Origin: Malacoraja senta
Lineage: Eukaryota
NCBI GenBank assembly: GCA_038087875.1
Contig: CM075988.1
Span: forward strand, 27,282,001-27,346,000
Direction of reading: 5' to 3'
Length of the DNA stretch: 64,000 nt
Shown: positions 50,977-63,936 of the stretch, piece after piece
How positions within the stretch are numbered: position 1 is the first letter of the stretch
Layout: each line of letters begins with the position of its first letter
Made by a program: the position numbers and the translations under genes
The notes under the pieces: generated by a model
What the model saw: only the letters and a program-made list of their open reading frames with translations
Told to the model about the DNA's origin: nothing
The model's database searches: none

Positions 50977-52816
50977 TAGGCTGTGGGCCGAGGAGCTTTA
51001 TTCCAGTGTTTTGTGACCCAAGTCACCAAACTACATGAAATTTTAACATATTGTGTAAAAATATTATATAAATCACCCCTGAATCTCGTCATGATCAAGA
51101 CTTGCACGTTTTTTAAAATTAAATTAGAGAAAAACCGGAAAATTTTCGGGTATTTTAGTCCAATCAAAGCACGTTTAACATTGAGTTGTATGCCAGTTGG
51201 CCAATCACGCACTTTGTTTAAGGCTAGCTAGGCAGGGAGCACTGAGAGGGCTTCACTGATGCCTGTTTTACTGGAGATTCCGATGAAGATTCTTTCTAGT
51301 TCTGTGGAATACATGTCGTGGAAACTTGCAGCAGGGTAATTGAATTTAGTGAGAAAAGCATTAAGAAGTCTGAAGAATGTGCTGCTAAGTGGATGGAAGT
51401 GGAACAAAGCCTTGAAAGCAAAGTCGCTGCTGAGGTGCTGTAACACAAAGGGGACAGCCAGGAATCAACTCTAACGGAAAGGTAAGATCTAAAGTTTGAA
51501 TTTATGAAAATCTATCTGTATGGACTTTAATTAATTTAATTGCACTCTTATAATGTGAAAAAATGAGATTTGGAGGCTGTACATTCACTCATTCACTCAC
51601 TCACTCATTCCCTCCACAGATGGCTTAACAGCTGCGGCCCGCCTGCAGTCCGTGTTTTTCTTTTTTTTTTGTTCCCTTGTCCTGTTTTTAGTTAATTTTG
51701 CTTTATTAGGTTGTGTATGTGTGTGTGTGGGGTGGGAGAAACATGTTTTTGTCTCTTCCTCTGGGGGGGGGGCGACTTTTTTTCTGTCGTAATCCCCGTC
51801 TCCGCCGAGGCCTAATGGCGGAGCTGGCGGCCTCGGAGCTGTGGCAGTGTTCCAGCGGCAGCGGCGACCCGACTCGGCCTCGGAGCTGTGGCTGTGGCGG
51901 CAGCAGCGGCCCGACCTCGGAGGCTCGGCCGCGGGCCCAGTGGACGACATCGTCGGGAGCTCGCGGATCACAGGTTGGTGACCTGTTTTTCCGGAGCTCC
52001 TGCAACAGCTTCGTCCGCTGGTCTGGAGGGCGGCAGCTCCGGCAGCTTCGACCACCCCGGGCCGCGGAGTTTGAACCGGCCCGTTCGCGGAGCACGGTTG
52101 AGCCGCAGGACTGACTTACTTACCATCACCCGGTGGGGTCACAACATCTGAAGCCTGGATCGCCTCGGTGCAGAGGGAAAACAAAGAGGAAGAGACAGAG
52201 ACTTTAAGATTTTGCCTTCCATCACAGTGAGGAGGTGCCTGGTGAACTCACTGAGGTGGATGTTAAATTTGTGTTTATTGTGTGTTTTTGTCATTTTTAT
52301 TATATGTATGACTGCAGGCAACGAAATTTCATTCAGAACGAAAGGTCTGAATGACAAAAATAAAATTCAATTCATTCATAACCCATTAATTAGGCTGGTT
52401 CAGGAGCAGGACCTCTGCGACAGTGTCATTAAAAAAACACTCACAATTATATTCATCATATTATTTTTATATAATATAATTATAATTAATTATATATGAT
52501 TACAGTCATATTTACAAGTTATATATATATATATATATATATAGATGTATAATAATATATAGTTTAAATAGACTGCAACACGGAAATAGGGTGCCCATGG
52601 TGTAATATGGGCATTGGCCACTAGATGGCGGTCACTTTCCCGATCTCATTTTCTAAATAGTATAATTAATTAATGAGCAGCCTTTGGCAATGACGAGTTA
52701 TGACTTCCTTCTCACTTATATTTCATCTAAATCTGTGGAAAATGTCATGTAGTTTGGTGACTTGGGTCACGAAAACTGATTTCTAGACACATTTTTGATG
52801 CTCGGCCCACAGCCTA
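50977..52816. mobile_element. TIR DNA element (superfamily unassigned) with nested repeat at ~51600-52378
   Basis: TIR taggctgtgggccgag / ctcggcccacagccta; subterminal inverted block gtgacccaagtcaccaaactacatga; flanked by aat on both sides. Confidence 0.8.
52615..52633 (+). promoter_or_regulatory. CTCF-motif match
   Basis: TGGCCACTAGATGGCGGTC fits the CCACYAGRKGGC core consensus; binding not shown. Confidence 0.5.
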
Positions 52817-53427
52817 AATTTAAGGCTGTTCATTGGACTTTAAAGGAACTGAGAATTGCAATGCTCTCAAATTAAGCTCTGTGGCCAGCCTCTGTTATTT
52901 GTTGTGATCTTAAGCTGCAGAATTAATAGGTTTTGAATATTGCACAATAAAGTCTTTGAAGATTAGACATGCCAATTGCTAAAGACTCTTCAGAGAGTTG
53001 AAGATTATAATTGCAGGTCCAAGGGCTAATTAAAAGTGGTTAAAATGTGTGGGAAAGAACTGCAGATGCTGGTTTAAATCGAAGGTAGACATAAAATGCT
53101 GGATTAACTCAGCAGGACAGGCAGAATCTCTGGAGAGAAGGAATGAGTGACATTTCCAGTCGAGACCCTTAGGTTAAATATTTAAAATCTGGAGAAAATA
53201 CATTTTAAACTAAGTGAAATTTCAGTTTCTAATTTCCATTTTATTCTTCTCATAGTGCAAGATGCAAAAAACATAAAATCATGTTCTACCAATACAAGCT
53301 GCAGTAACTTGAAAGATGTTCATCCAGTTGATTAAAAAATGCTATAGTGACTTGCTGTAGAAACTTGATGATGCTCACCAAGTCCTGGCAACAGAAAATC
53401 TGTAATAATTAAGTGTAAATTACTTAC

Positions 53428-53577
53428 TAAAGAATTTCAGTTTTCTGTTCAGTTCACCAAGAATAGCGAATCCATGAAGTATTGATATAAGCAGTGTCTC
53501 AAGATCACTCTTCCTCCTTGATGTCATGTTGCATAAGCGTAGCTCAGTTTTCAAAGTCCATCTGAACAAATCCTCAG
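53428..53577 (-). CDS. ZW10: ZW10 exon 6 (150 nt)
   Basis: EDLFRWTLKTELRLCNMTSRRKSDLETLLISILHGFAILGELNRKLKFF; acceptor tttcctgcag, donor TTTA|gtaagt, phase 1/1. Confidence 0.9.
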
Positions 53578-53717
53578 CTGCAGGAAAACAAGTGATTAGT
53601 TCCTGCACCTGTGTCACCTATTCTCTAGTATTCAATACCAGGAATTATTTCTTCAGTGGATACACACAAAAAAAGTAATGGAATTGGTGTACAAGCTCCC
53701 TCGAATGGATTAACTGA

Positions 53718-53912
53718 TGGGCCTGTCCCACTTAGGCAACTCTTTAGACGACTGTCAGGGACTAGTTTTAATGGAATTCACCTACGACACACGGCGACAA
53801 TTTACGACAACACCTGTGTCAGCAAAAATTGTCTCCACTGTTGCCGAAAAATTGTCAACATGTTGGAAATTTTGCGGCAGTCGCCTGTAGTCGCCCAAGT
53901 GGGACAGGCCCA
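53718..53912. mobile_element. PIF/Harbinger-type MITE (same family as 20109-20701)
   Basis: TIRs tgggcctgtcccact / agtgggacaggccca, 3-bp TSD tga. Confidence 0.82.
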
Positions 53913-53934
53913 TGAGTATAATATATTGCAACTT

Positions 53935-54585
53935 TCCCCTGCAACTGCAGGAGATGCAACACCTGTCCCTTTATCTCCCCCCTTCGATTCCACCCGACAG
54001 CCTTTTCAGGTGAGGCAGAGGTTCACTTGCACCTCCTCCAACCTCATCTACTGCATCTGCTGCATCTGCTGTTGCAGGTGTCAATATCTGTACATCGGCG
54101 AGACCAACCGCAGGCTCGGAGATCGTTTCGCTGAACACCTCCGCTCACTGCACCGAAACCTACCTGATCTCCCAGTTGCTCAGCACTTTAACCCCCCCCT
54201 CCTATTCCCATACTGACCTTTCTGTCCTGGGCCTCCTCTATTGTCAGAGTGAGGCCCAGCGCAAATTGAAGGAACAGCACCTCATATTTCGCTTGGGCAG
54301 CTTACACCCCAGCGGTATGAACATTGACTTCTCTAACATCAAATAGCACTTGCTTTCCCTCTCTCTCCATCCCCTCCCCTGCTCAGTTTTCCCACCAGTC
54401 TTACTGTCTCTGACTACATTCTATCTCGGTCCCACCCACTCCCCTGACATCAGTCTGAAGAAGAGTCTCGACCCATAACGTCACCCATTTCTTCTCTCCA
54501 GAGATGCTGCCTCTCCCGCTGAGTTACTCCAGCATTTTGTGTCTACCTTTGATTTAAACCAGCATCTGTGGTTCTTTCCCATACA
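53935..54585 (+). mobile_element. Penelope-like element 3' part (GIY-YIG endonuclease remnant + terminal repeat)
   Basis: FTCTSSNLIYCI...CQYLYIGETNRRLGDRFAEHLRS...PVAQHFN. Confidence 0.9.
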
Positions 54586-54979
54586 CAAATTGCAACCTTC
54601 TGTTTCCCCAGATTCATAAATGGTATTAGAAACATAGAAAATAGGTGCAGGAGGCCATTCGGCCCTTCGAATCAGCACCGCCATTCATTGTGATCATGGC
54701 TGATCGTCCCCTATCAATAACCCGTGCCTGCCTTCTCCCCATACCCCTTGACTCCACTAGCCCCTAGAGCTCTATCTAACTCTCTCTTAAATCCATCCAG
54801 TGACTTGGCCTCCACTGCCTTCCATAAATTCACAACTCTCTGGGTGAAAAAATTTGTTCTCACCTCAGTCTTAAATGACCTCCCCTTTATTCTAAGACTG
54901 TGGCCCCTGGTTCTGGACTCGCCCAACATTGGGAACATTTTTCCTGCATCTAGCTTGTCCAGTCCTTTTTATAATTTTA

Positions 54980-55545
54980 GGTACACAAAAATGCTGGAGA
55001 AACTCAGTGGGTGCAGCAGCATCTATGGAGCGAAGGAGATAGGCAACGTTTCGGGCCGAAAACCTTCTTCAGACTGATAGGGGGTGGGGGGAGGCGGGGA
55101 GAAGAAAGGAAAAAGGAGGAGGAGCCCGGGGCTGAGGGAGACGTAGGAAGGGGAGGAGACAGCAAGGGTTAACTGAATTGTGAGAATTCAATGTTCATGC
55201 CCAGAGGATGCAGACTACCCAAGCGGAATATGAGGTGCTGTTCCTCCAATTTCCGGTGTTGCTCACTCTGGCCATGGAGAAGGCCCAGGACAGAGACGTC
55301 GGATTCGGAATGGGAGGGGGAGTTGAAGTGCTGAGCCACCGGGAGGTCAGGTTGGTTAATGCGGACCGAGCGGAGGTGTTCGGCGAAACGATCGCCAAGC
55401 CTACGCTTGGTCTCACCGTTATAGATCAGCTGACATCTAGAGCAGCGGATGCAATAGATGAGGTTGCAGGAGGTGCAGGTGAACCTCTGTCGCACCTGGA
55501 ACGACTGCTTGGGTCCTTGAATGGAGTGGAGGGGGGTAAAGCGAC
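54980..55545 (-). mobile_element. Penelope-like element 3' part
   Basis: LIYCIRCSRCQLIYNGETKRRLGDRFAEHLRSV...GMNIEFSQF; 9-bp TSD ataatttta (54971-54979 / 55546-55554). Confidence 0.92.
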
Positions 55546-55892
55546 ATAATTTTATATGTTTCTATAACATGCCCCCTCATCCTTCTAAACTCTAGTGAAT
55601 ACAAGCCTAGTCTTTTCAATCTTTCCTCATATGACAGTCCCACCATCCCAGGGATCAATCTCGTGAACCTACGCTGCACTGCCTCAATCACAAGGATGTC
55701 CTTCCTCAAATTAGGAGACAAAAACTGTACACAATACTCCAGATGTGGTCTCACCAGAGCCCAATACAACTGCAGAAGAACCTCTTTACTCCTATACTGA
55801 AATCCTCTTGTTATGAAGGCCAACATTCCATTAGCTTTCTTCACTGCCTGCTGTACCTGTAAGCCAACTTTCAGTGACTGGTGTACAAGGAC

Positions 55893-58800
55893 AGAAACAT
55901 AGAAAATAGGTGCAGGAGTAGGCCATTCGGCCCTTCGAGCCTGCACCCCCATTCAATATGATCATGGCTGATCATCCAACTCAGTATCCTGCACCTGCCT
56001 TCTCTCCATACCCCCTGATCCCTTTAGCCACATCTAACTCCCTCTTAAATATAGCCAATGAACTGGCCTCAACTACCTTCTGTGGCAGAGAATTCCAGAG
56101 ATCCACCACTCTGTGTGAAAAATGTTTTTCTCATCTCGGTCCTAAAAGATTTCCCCCTTATCCTTAAACTGTGACCCCTTGTTCTGGACTTCCCCAACAT
56201 CGGGAACAATCTTCCTGCATCTAGCCTGTCCAACCCCTTAAGAATTTTGTAAGTTTCTATAAGATCCCCCCTCAATCTTCTAAATTCTAGCGAGTACAAC
56301 TGCAGTAGAACCTCCCTGCTCCTATACTCAAATCCTTTTGCTATGAATGCTAACATACCATTTGCTTTCTTCACTGCCTGCTGCACCTGCATGCCTACTT
56401 TCAATGACTGGTGTACAATGACACCCAAGTCTCGTTGCTTCTCCCCTTTTCCTAATCGGCCACCATTCAGATAATAGTCTACTTTCCTGTTTTTGCCACC
56501 AAAGTGGATAACCTCACATTTATCCACATTATACTGCATCTGCCATGCATTTGCCCACTCACCCAGCCTATCCAAGTCACCTTGCAGCCTCCTCGCATCC
56601 TCCTCACAGCTAACACTGTTCCCCAGCTTCGTGTTATCCGCAAACTTGGAGATGTTGCATTCAATTCCCTCGTCCAAATCATTAATATATATTGTAAATA
56701 GCTGGGGTCCCAGCACTGAGCCTTGCGGTACCCCACTAGTCACTGCCTGCCATTCTGAGAAGGACATGTTTACTCCTACTCTTTGCTTCCTGTCTGCCAG
56801 CCAGTGCTCTATCCACATCAATACTGAACCCCCAATACCGTGTGCTTTAAGTTTGTATACTAATCTCTTATGTGGGACCTTGTCGAAAGCCTTCTGAAAG
56901 TCCAGATATAACACATCCACTGGTTCTCCCTTATCCACTCTACCAGTTACATCCTCGAAAAATTCTATAAGATTCGTCAGACATGATTTACCTTTCGTAA
57001 ATCCATGCTGACTTTGTCCAATGATTTCACCACTTTCCAAATGTGCTGCTATCCCATTTTTAATAACTGACTCTAGCAGTTTCCCCACTACCGATGTTAG
57101 ACTAACTGGTCTGTAATTCCCCGTTTTCTCTCTCCCTCCATTTTTAAAAAGTGGGGTTATATTAGCTACCCTCCAATCCTCAGGAACTACTCCAGAATCT
57201 AAAGAGTTTTGAAAAATTATCACTAATGCATCCACTGTTTCTGGGGCTACTTCCTTAAGTACTCTGGCATTCAGCCTATCTGGCCCTGGGGATTTATCGG
57301 CCTTTAATCCATTCAATTTACCTAACACTACTTCCCGGCTAACCTGGATTTCACTCAGTTCCTCCAGCTCATTTGACCCCCGATCCTTGCTATTTCCGGC
57401 AGATTATTTATGTCTTCCTTAGTAAAGACAAAACCAAAGTAGTTATTCAATTGGTCTGCCATGTCCTTGTTCCCCATGATCAATTCACCTGTTTCTGACT
57501 GCAAGGAACCTACATTTGTTTTAACTAATCTTTTTCCCTTCACATATCTATCAAACTTTTGCAGTCAGTTTTTATGTTCCAGTTTTCTTTCATAATCTAT
57601 TTTCCCTTTACAAATTAAGCCCTTTGTCCTCCTCTGCTGGACTCTGAATTTCTCCCAGTCCTCTGGTAGGCTGCTTTTTCTGGCTAATTTGTATGCTTCA
57701 TCTTTTGTTTTGATACTATCCCTGATTTCCCTTGTTATCCACGGATGCACTACCTTCCTCGATTTATTCTTTTGCCAAACTAGGATGAACAATTGTTGTA
57801 GTTCATCCATGCAGTCTTTAAATGCCTTCCATTGCACATCCACCATCAACCCTTTAAGAATCAATTGTCAGTCTATCTTGGCCAACTCACGTCTCATACA
57901 CTCAAAGTTACCTTCCTTTAAGTCCAGAACCCTTATTTCTGAATTAATTATGTCACTCTCCACCCTAATGAAGAACTCAACCATATTATGGTCACTCTTG
58001 CCCAAGGGCCACGCACAACAAGACTGCTAACTAACCCTTCCTCATTACTCAATACCCAGTCTAGAATAGCCTGCTCTCACGTTGGTTCAGAAAACTATCC
58101 CACATACATTCCAAGAAATCCTCTTCCTCAGCACCCCTGCCAATTTGATTCACCCAATCTATATGTAGATTGAAGTCACCCATTATAACTGTTTTACCTT
58201 TGTTGCACGCATTTCTAATTTCCTGTTTGATGCCATCCCCAACTCCACTACTACTGTTAGGTGGCCTGTACACAACTCCCACTAGCATTTTCTGCCCCTT
58301 AGTGTTTCGCAGCTCTACCCATATCGATTCCACATCCTCCAAACTAATGTCCTTCCTTTCTATTGCGTTAATCTCCTCTCTAACCAGCAACGCTACCCCA
58401 CCTCCTTTTCCTTTCTGTCTATCCCTCCTGAATATTGAATATCCCTGGATGTTCAGCTCCCAGCCTTGGTCACCCTGGAGCCATGTCTCCGTGATCCCAA
58501 CTAAATCATAGTCATTAATAGCTATCTGCACATTCAACTCATCCACCTTATTACGAATGTTCCTTGCATTGAGACACAAAGTCTTCAGGCTTGTTTTCAC
58601 AACACTCTTACCCCTTATACAATTATGTTGAAAAGTGGCCCTTTTTGATTTCTGCCCTGGATTTGTCTGCCTGCCACTTTTACTTTTCACCTTGCTACCT
58701 ATTGCTTCTACCCTCATTTTATACCCGTCTCTCTTCTCACACATTTAAGAAACCCACCACCTCTTATTCTCTGTTTATTATTTTGTTCTTCTTTCCCCCC

Positions 58801-60089
58801 CTACATGTTGGGTCTGAGTGCTTCCCTTCTCCGCCTCCTGCCTCACACTGTCTACTAGCTTTCTCCATTTGAGTCCCTCCCCCCAAATGTTCTAGTTTAA
58901 AGTCTCCCCAGTAGCCTTTGCAAATCTCCCCGCCAGGATATTGGTCCCCCTCGGGTTCAAGTGCAACCCGTCCTTTTTGTACAGGTCACACTTTCCACAA
59001 AAGAGGTCCAAATGATCCAGAAACTTGAATCCCTGCCCTCTGCACCAGTCCTTCAGCCACGCATTTATCCTCCACCTCGCTCCATTCCTACTCTCACTGT
59101 CGCGTGGCACAGGCAGTAATTCTGAGATTGTTACCTTTGCGGTCCTTATCTTTAACTCTCCTTCTAACTCCCTAAATTCTCCTTTCAGGACCTCTTCTCT
59201 TTTTCTACCTATGTCATTGGTACCTATATGTACCACGACCTCGGGCTCCCTCCCATTTCAGGATATCTTGGACACGTTCAGACACATCCCAGACCCTGGC
59301 ACCAGGGAGGCAAACTACCATCCGGGTCTCCGTACTGCGTCCACAGAATCGCCTATCTGACCCCCTAACTATAGAGTCCCCTATTACTACTGCCCTCCTC
59401 TTCTTTTCCTTTCCCTTCTGAGCAACAGGGCCGGTCTCTGTACCAGAGGCCCGGCCGCTGTTGCTACCCCCAGGTAGGCTGTCCCCCCCAACAGTACTCA
59501 AACAGGAGTACTTATTGCCAAGGTGTACAAGGGTACTCTCTAGTCCCTGCCTCTGCCCCTTGCCCCTCCTAACCGTGACCCACTTGTCTGTCTCCCGTGG
59601 TCTTGGAGTGACTATCTCTCTGTAACTCCTCTCTATGACCTCCTCGCTCTCCCTGACCAGACGGAGGTCATCGAGCTGCTGCTCCAGGTTCCTAATATGG
59701 TCCATTAGGAGCCCCATCTCGATGCACCTGGCGCAGATGTGGACGTCTGGAGGGCTATCAGACTCCAAGACCTCCCACATCTGACATCCAGAACAGTAAA
59801 CTGCCCTGGGCCTCATACACCCCCCTTACCCAGGATACAATACAAAGTGCTGGAAGAAATCAGCAGGGATCAGACTCCCAATCAGCTGCTTCCTCTAGTC
59901 CGCTTCCACCAATCAGCAGCTTCCTCAAGCCCACTTGTTTTGAACTGTGAACTGCGAATGGAACATTACAGATTTGGGTTCCTCCCACTGCAACCGCTCC
60001 TGGGCCTCTGTGAATCGAAGACCCGCGATCGGGTTTGGTACTCACTGCCCGGATGTTGCTCCTCCCACTGCAACCGCTCCTGGGCCTCT
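55893..60089 (-). mobile_element. Near full-length CR1 LINE: ORF1 (Cys motif + SGNH esterase) and ORF2 (APE + RT), frameshifted
   Basis: ORF1 CSGC...CARC, VIGDSIVRG, HIGTND, DGLHLN; ORF2 LNARNIRNK, GITETWL, GDFN, and the 419-aa RT ORF at 56069-57328. Confidence 0.93.
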
Positions 60090-61532
60090 GTCTCGCTGCA
60101 CCTCCCCCTTACCTCACCTAACCCCATTGAGATAATAATCTGCCCCCTTGTTTTTGCCATCAAAGTGGATAACCTCACATTTATCTATTTTACACTGTAT
60201 CTGCCCACTCACTCAACCTGTCCAGGTCACACTGCAACTTCCTAACATCCTAACATCCTCTTCACAGTTCACACTGCCACCCAGCTTTGTGTCATCCGCA
60301 AACTTGCTAGTGTTGCTCCTAATTCCCTCCTCCAAATCATTAATATATATGGTAAACAGTTGCAGCTCCAACACCGAGCCTTGCGGCACTCCACTCGCCA
60401 CTGCCTGCCGTTCACTCCTACTCTTTGTTTCTGGTCTGCCAACCAATTTTCTATCCATGTCAACACCCTACCCCCAATACCATGTGCTCTAATTTTAGTC
60501 ACCAGTCTCCCATGCGGGACCTTATCAAAGGCTTTCTGAAAGTCTAGATACACTACATCCACTGGCACCATTATACTTGTCACATCCTCAAAAAATTCCA
60601 GATGTCAAGCATGATTTCCCTTTCATAAATCCATGTTGACTTGGACTAATCCTTTTACTGCTATCCAAACGCCCCATTATTACCTCTTTAATAATTGACT
60701 CCAGCATCTTTCCCACCACCGAAGTCAGGCTAACTGGTCTGTAATTCCTCGTTTTCTCTCTCGCTCCTTTCTTGAAAAGTGGGATAACATTAGCTATCCT
60801 CCAATCCACAGGAACTGATCCTGAATCTATTGAACAATGGAAAATGATCACCAATGCGTCCACTATTTCTAGAGCCACCTCCCTGAGGACCCTGGGATGC
60901 AGACCATCAGGTCCAGGGGATTTATCATCCTTCAGTCCCATTAGCCTACCCAATACTATTTCTCATCTAATGAAAATGTCTTTCAGTTCCTCTACCCCCT
61001 TAGATCCTCTGTCCTCCAGTACATCTGGGAGATTGTTTGTGTCTTCCTTAGTGAAGACAGATCCGAAGTACCTATTCAACTCTTCTGCCATTTCCTTGTT
61101 GCCCGTAATAATTTTACCCATGTCTGCCTTCAAGGGACCCATATTTGACTTTGCTACTCTTTTTCCCTTAACATATCTAAAGAAGCTTTTACTGTCATTC
61201 TTTATATTCCTGGCCAGCTTCCCTTCGTACTTCATCTTTTCAGCCCGCATTGCCCGTTCTGTTTCCTTCTGTTGTCCTATGAAAGTTTCCCAATCCTCTG
61301 GCTTCTGGCTACTCTTTGCTGTGTTATACATCTTTTCATTTAGTTTTATTCTATCCCTAACTTTTCTTGTCAGCCCCGGTTGCCTCCTATTGTGACGAAG
61401 GAGAAATAACCATTCCCTTTAATACAAAAAGACTAATGGAACTAGATAATGAATTACTCCCAACTAATCTGGATATTCACATCTTAACGCTTGGCTTCAG
61501 TATTTCACCAGAAGTAAAACATGTTCATTCAC

Positions 61533-61704
61533 CTTTTGTTGGTGCCGGTGAAGGGGGAAGGTTCCATACTGCCAGCTGTTTCCACTCTTCCCCTAAATGA
61601 TACAACAATTTCTCCTTCTGCACAATGAGCTCTGTGCCAAGTACTTGCAACATCTTCAGCTCAACACCCTTCCTTGATTTTAGTAGGGTAAGATTGTGCT
61701 GTGC
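61533..61704 (-). CDS. ZW10: ZW10 exon 5 (172 nt)
   Basis: AQHNLTLLKSRKGVELKMLQVLGTELIVQKEKLLYHLGEEWKQLAVWNLPPSPAPTK; contains the conserved LYHLGEEW motif; acceptor tttgcaag, donor AAAG|gtgaat, phase 0/1. Confidence 0.9.
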
Positions 61705-62440
61705 CTTGCAAATAGAAGCAGAAACGCAAGACACTGTAAGACACTTTGCAAACTGTAATTGAATTTAGCAATCAGGAAATTCATCAAACTCCATATTTTA
61801 AACTTGCCACAAGTGTCAGTAAAAATTGCAGATGCAGAAACAAGCAGCATCTTATCAGAATGTAGAGCATTATCCCTCAAAATATTAAGCTTTTGATCAA
61901 ATACATTGTGGGATATTTCTGAGCACAAAAGCTTGAAATGCGTCTTTGTTAACATTCATCACACGTCAAGGTAACTAGACAAAAATGATTTCAACAGGTT
62001 TGAGAAATGTGATGATCCCATTTGAAAGCAATTTTCTCTTAGTCATCAACCACCCACCCACTCCATCTCCAATTTCCTCCATCCGTTTAAGTTTAAAACA
62101 CATCCTCAATCACATTATCTGTATTTTTGTTCATCACCAGACAAATTAATTCACCATTTGTAGTCTGACCTTCAGCTGCCCAGGCCCTTATACTCTGAAA
62201 TAGCCTCCTTTAAAACACTTCTCCATATTTAACTTAATCAAGAGCTTTGGGGTTGTTTTTTTCCCTTCAGTAATCAATGATAGGACATTGGGTTTGTTAT
62301 ACAAATGCAAGCAGCTTCTGTTGTTTTAACAGAACCAATACAGCGCCACAAGAATTTTTCCTAAATGTTTAATTAACTTTTATAATACCCGAGCAGCAAG
62401 ATTTATGGCTCCAAAGGAAGATGTCGATAGGCATGCTAAC

Positions 62441-62518
62441 CTTATTGAGATGCTCTGCAGATTTGGTATAATTTTTTTCCAACAAGGCTTGCTGATGTGT
62501 TTCTAGGGCTGTATCAAA
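62441..62518 (-). CDS. ZW10: ZW10 exon 4 (78 nt)
   Basis: FDTALETHQQALLEKNYTKSAEHLNK; acceptor ttttttccag, donor AAG|gttagc; phase 0/0. Confidence 0.92.
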
Positions 62519-62613
62519 CTGGAAAAAATAACAAATATTTTTTTTAAAAGTCACACTAATTCTAGCAGTCCCGAATATCTGCAAGTCAAACAAAAATACT
62601 TCAAAGACAAGTA

Positions 62614-63545
62614 CAGTGCCCTCATAATGTTTGGGACAAAGACCCATCGTTTATTTATTGCGTCTGTACTCCACAATTTATAGACAATAGACAATAGGTG
62701 CAGGAGTAGCCCATTTGGCCCTTCGAGCCAGCACCGCCATTCAACGTGATCATGGCTGATCATCCCCAATCAGTACCCCGTTCCTGCTTTCTCCCCATAT
62801 CCCCTGACTCCGCTATTTTTAAGAGCCCTATCTAGCTCTCTCTTGAAAGTATCCAGAGAACCCGTCTCCACTGCCCTCGGAGGCAGAGAATTCCACAGAC
62901 TCACCACTTTCTGTGAGAAAAAGTGTTTCCTCATCTCCGTTCTAAATGGCTTATTCTTAAACTGTGGCCCCTGGTTCTGGACACCCCCAACATCGGGAAC
63001 ATGTTTCCTGCCTCTAGCGTGTCCAAGCCCTTAACAATCTTATATGTTTCAATGAGATCCCCTCTCATCCTTCTAAACTCCAGAGTGTACAAGCCCAGCT
63101 GCTCCATTCTCTCAGCATATGACAGTCCCGCCATCCTGGGAATTAACCTTGTAAACCTACGCTGCACTCCCTCAATAGCAAGAATGTCCTTCCTCAAATT
63201 AGGGGACCAAATCTGCACACAATACTCCAGGTGTGGTCTCATTAGGGCTCTGTACAATTGCAGAAGGACCTCTTTGCTATATTCGATTCCTCTTGTTATA
63301 AAGGCCAACAAGCCATTTGCTTTCTTCACTGCCTGCTGTACCTGCATGCTTACTTTCAGAGACTGATGTACAAGGACCCCCAGATCCCGTTGTACTGCCC
63401 CTTTTCCCAAAAAATTTTGAGATTTGTAATAGAGAAAAAAAAAATCACATGTTGTTAAAGTGCACATTGTCAGAATTTATTAAAAAGTATTTTTTATACT
63501 TTTTTGGTTTCACATTGTAGAAATTACAGCTGTGTTTATACATAG
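62614..63545 (+). mobile_element. Tc1 left-end fragment (same family as 23131) interrupted by a minus-strand CR1 fragment (~62680-63410)
   Basis: ta-cagtgccctcataatgtttgggacaaagacccatc; resumes tttgagatttgtaatag at ~63416. Confidence 0.85.
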
Positions 63546-63936
63546 CAAACTATCCAAGCCCTTCCGCATAGTCCCTGCTTTCTCTACCTGCCCCTCCACT
63601 TATTTTCGTATTATCTGCAAACTTGGCCACAAAGCCAATCCCATTATCAAAATCATTAAATCATTATGAAGTTCGTAAGTGATAGGAACAGAATTAGGGC
63701 ATTCAGCCCATCTACTCCGCCATTCAATTATAGTTCATCGCTCTCTCCATCTCAATCCCATCCCTTCCTCCATAACCCCTGACACCCGTACTAATCAATA
63801 ATCTATCTATCTGTGTTTAAAATATCCATTGACTTGGCCTCCACAGCCTTCTGTGGCAATGAATTCAAGGGAAAATTTATAGACAATAAATAAAATTTCA
63901 GAATGGGGAAAATAAGGAATCATCAAATATATTTAC

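Larger units (their letters stand above)
54627..61390 (-). mobile_element. CR1 LINE fragment (54627-54979, 55546-55892, ~60090-61390) split by two later insertions
   Basis: Sequence ggtgtacaaggac at 55880-55892 resumes at gtctcgctgcacctcccc near 60090; same subfamily as 33470-35643. Confidence 0.85.

Noticed and set aside
56069..57328. 419-aa RT ORF as an active or domesticated gene (also 29733-30701)
   Set aside because: Part of CR1 ORF2 with flanking frameshifts; the 419-aa ORF also has an internal deletion (LQLY joined to SLEFRR).
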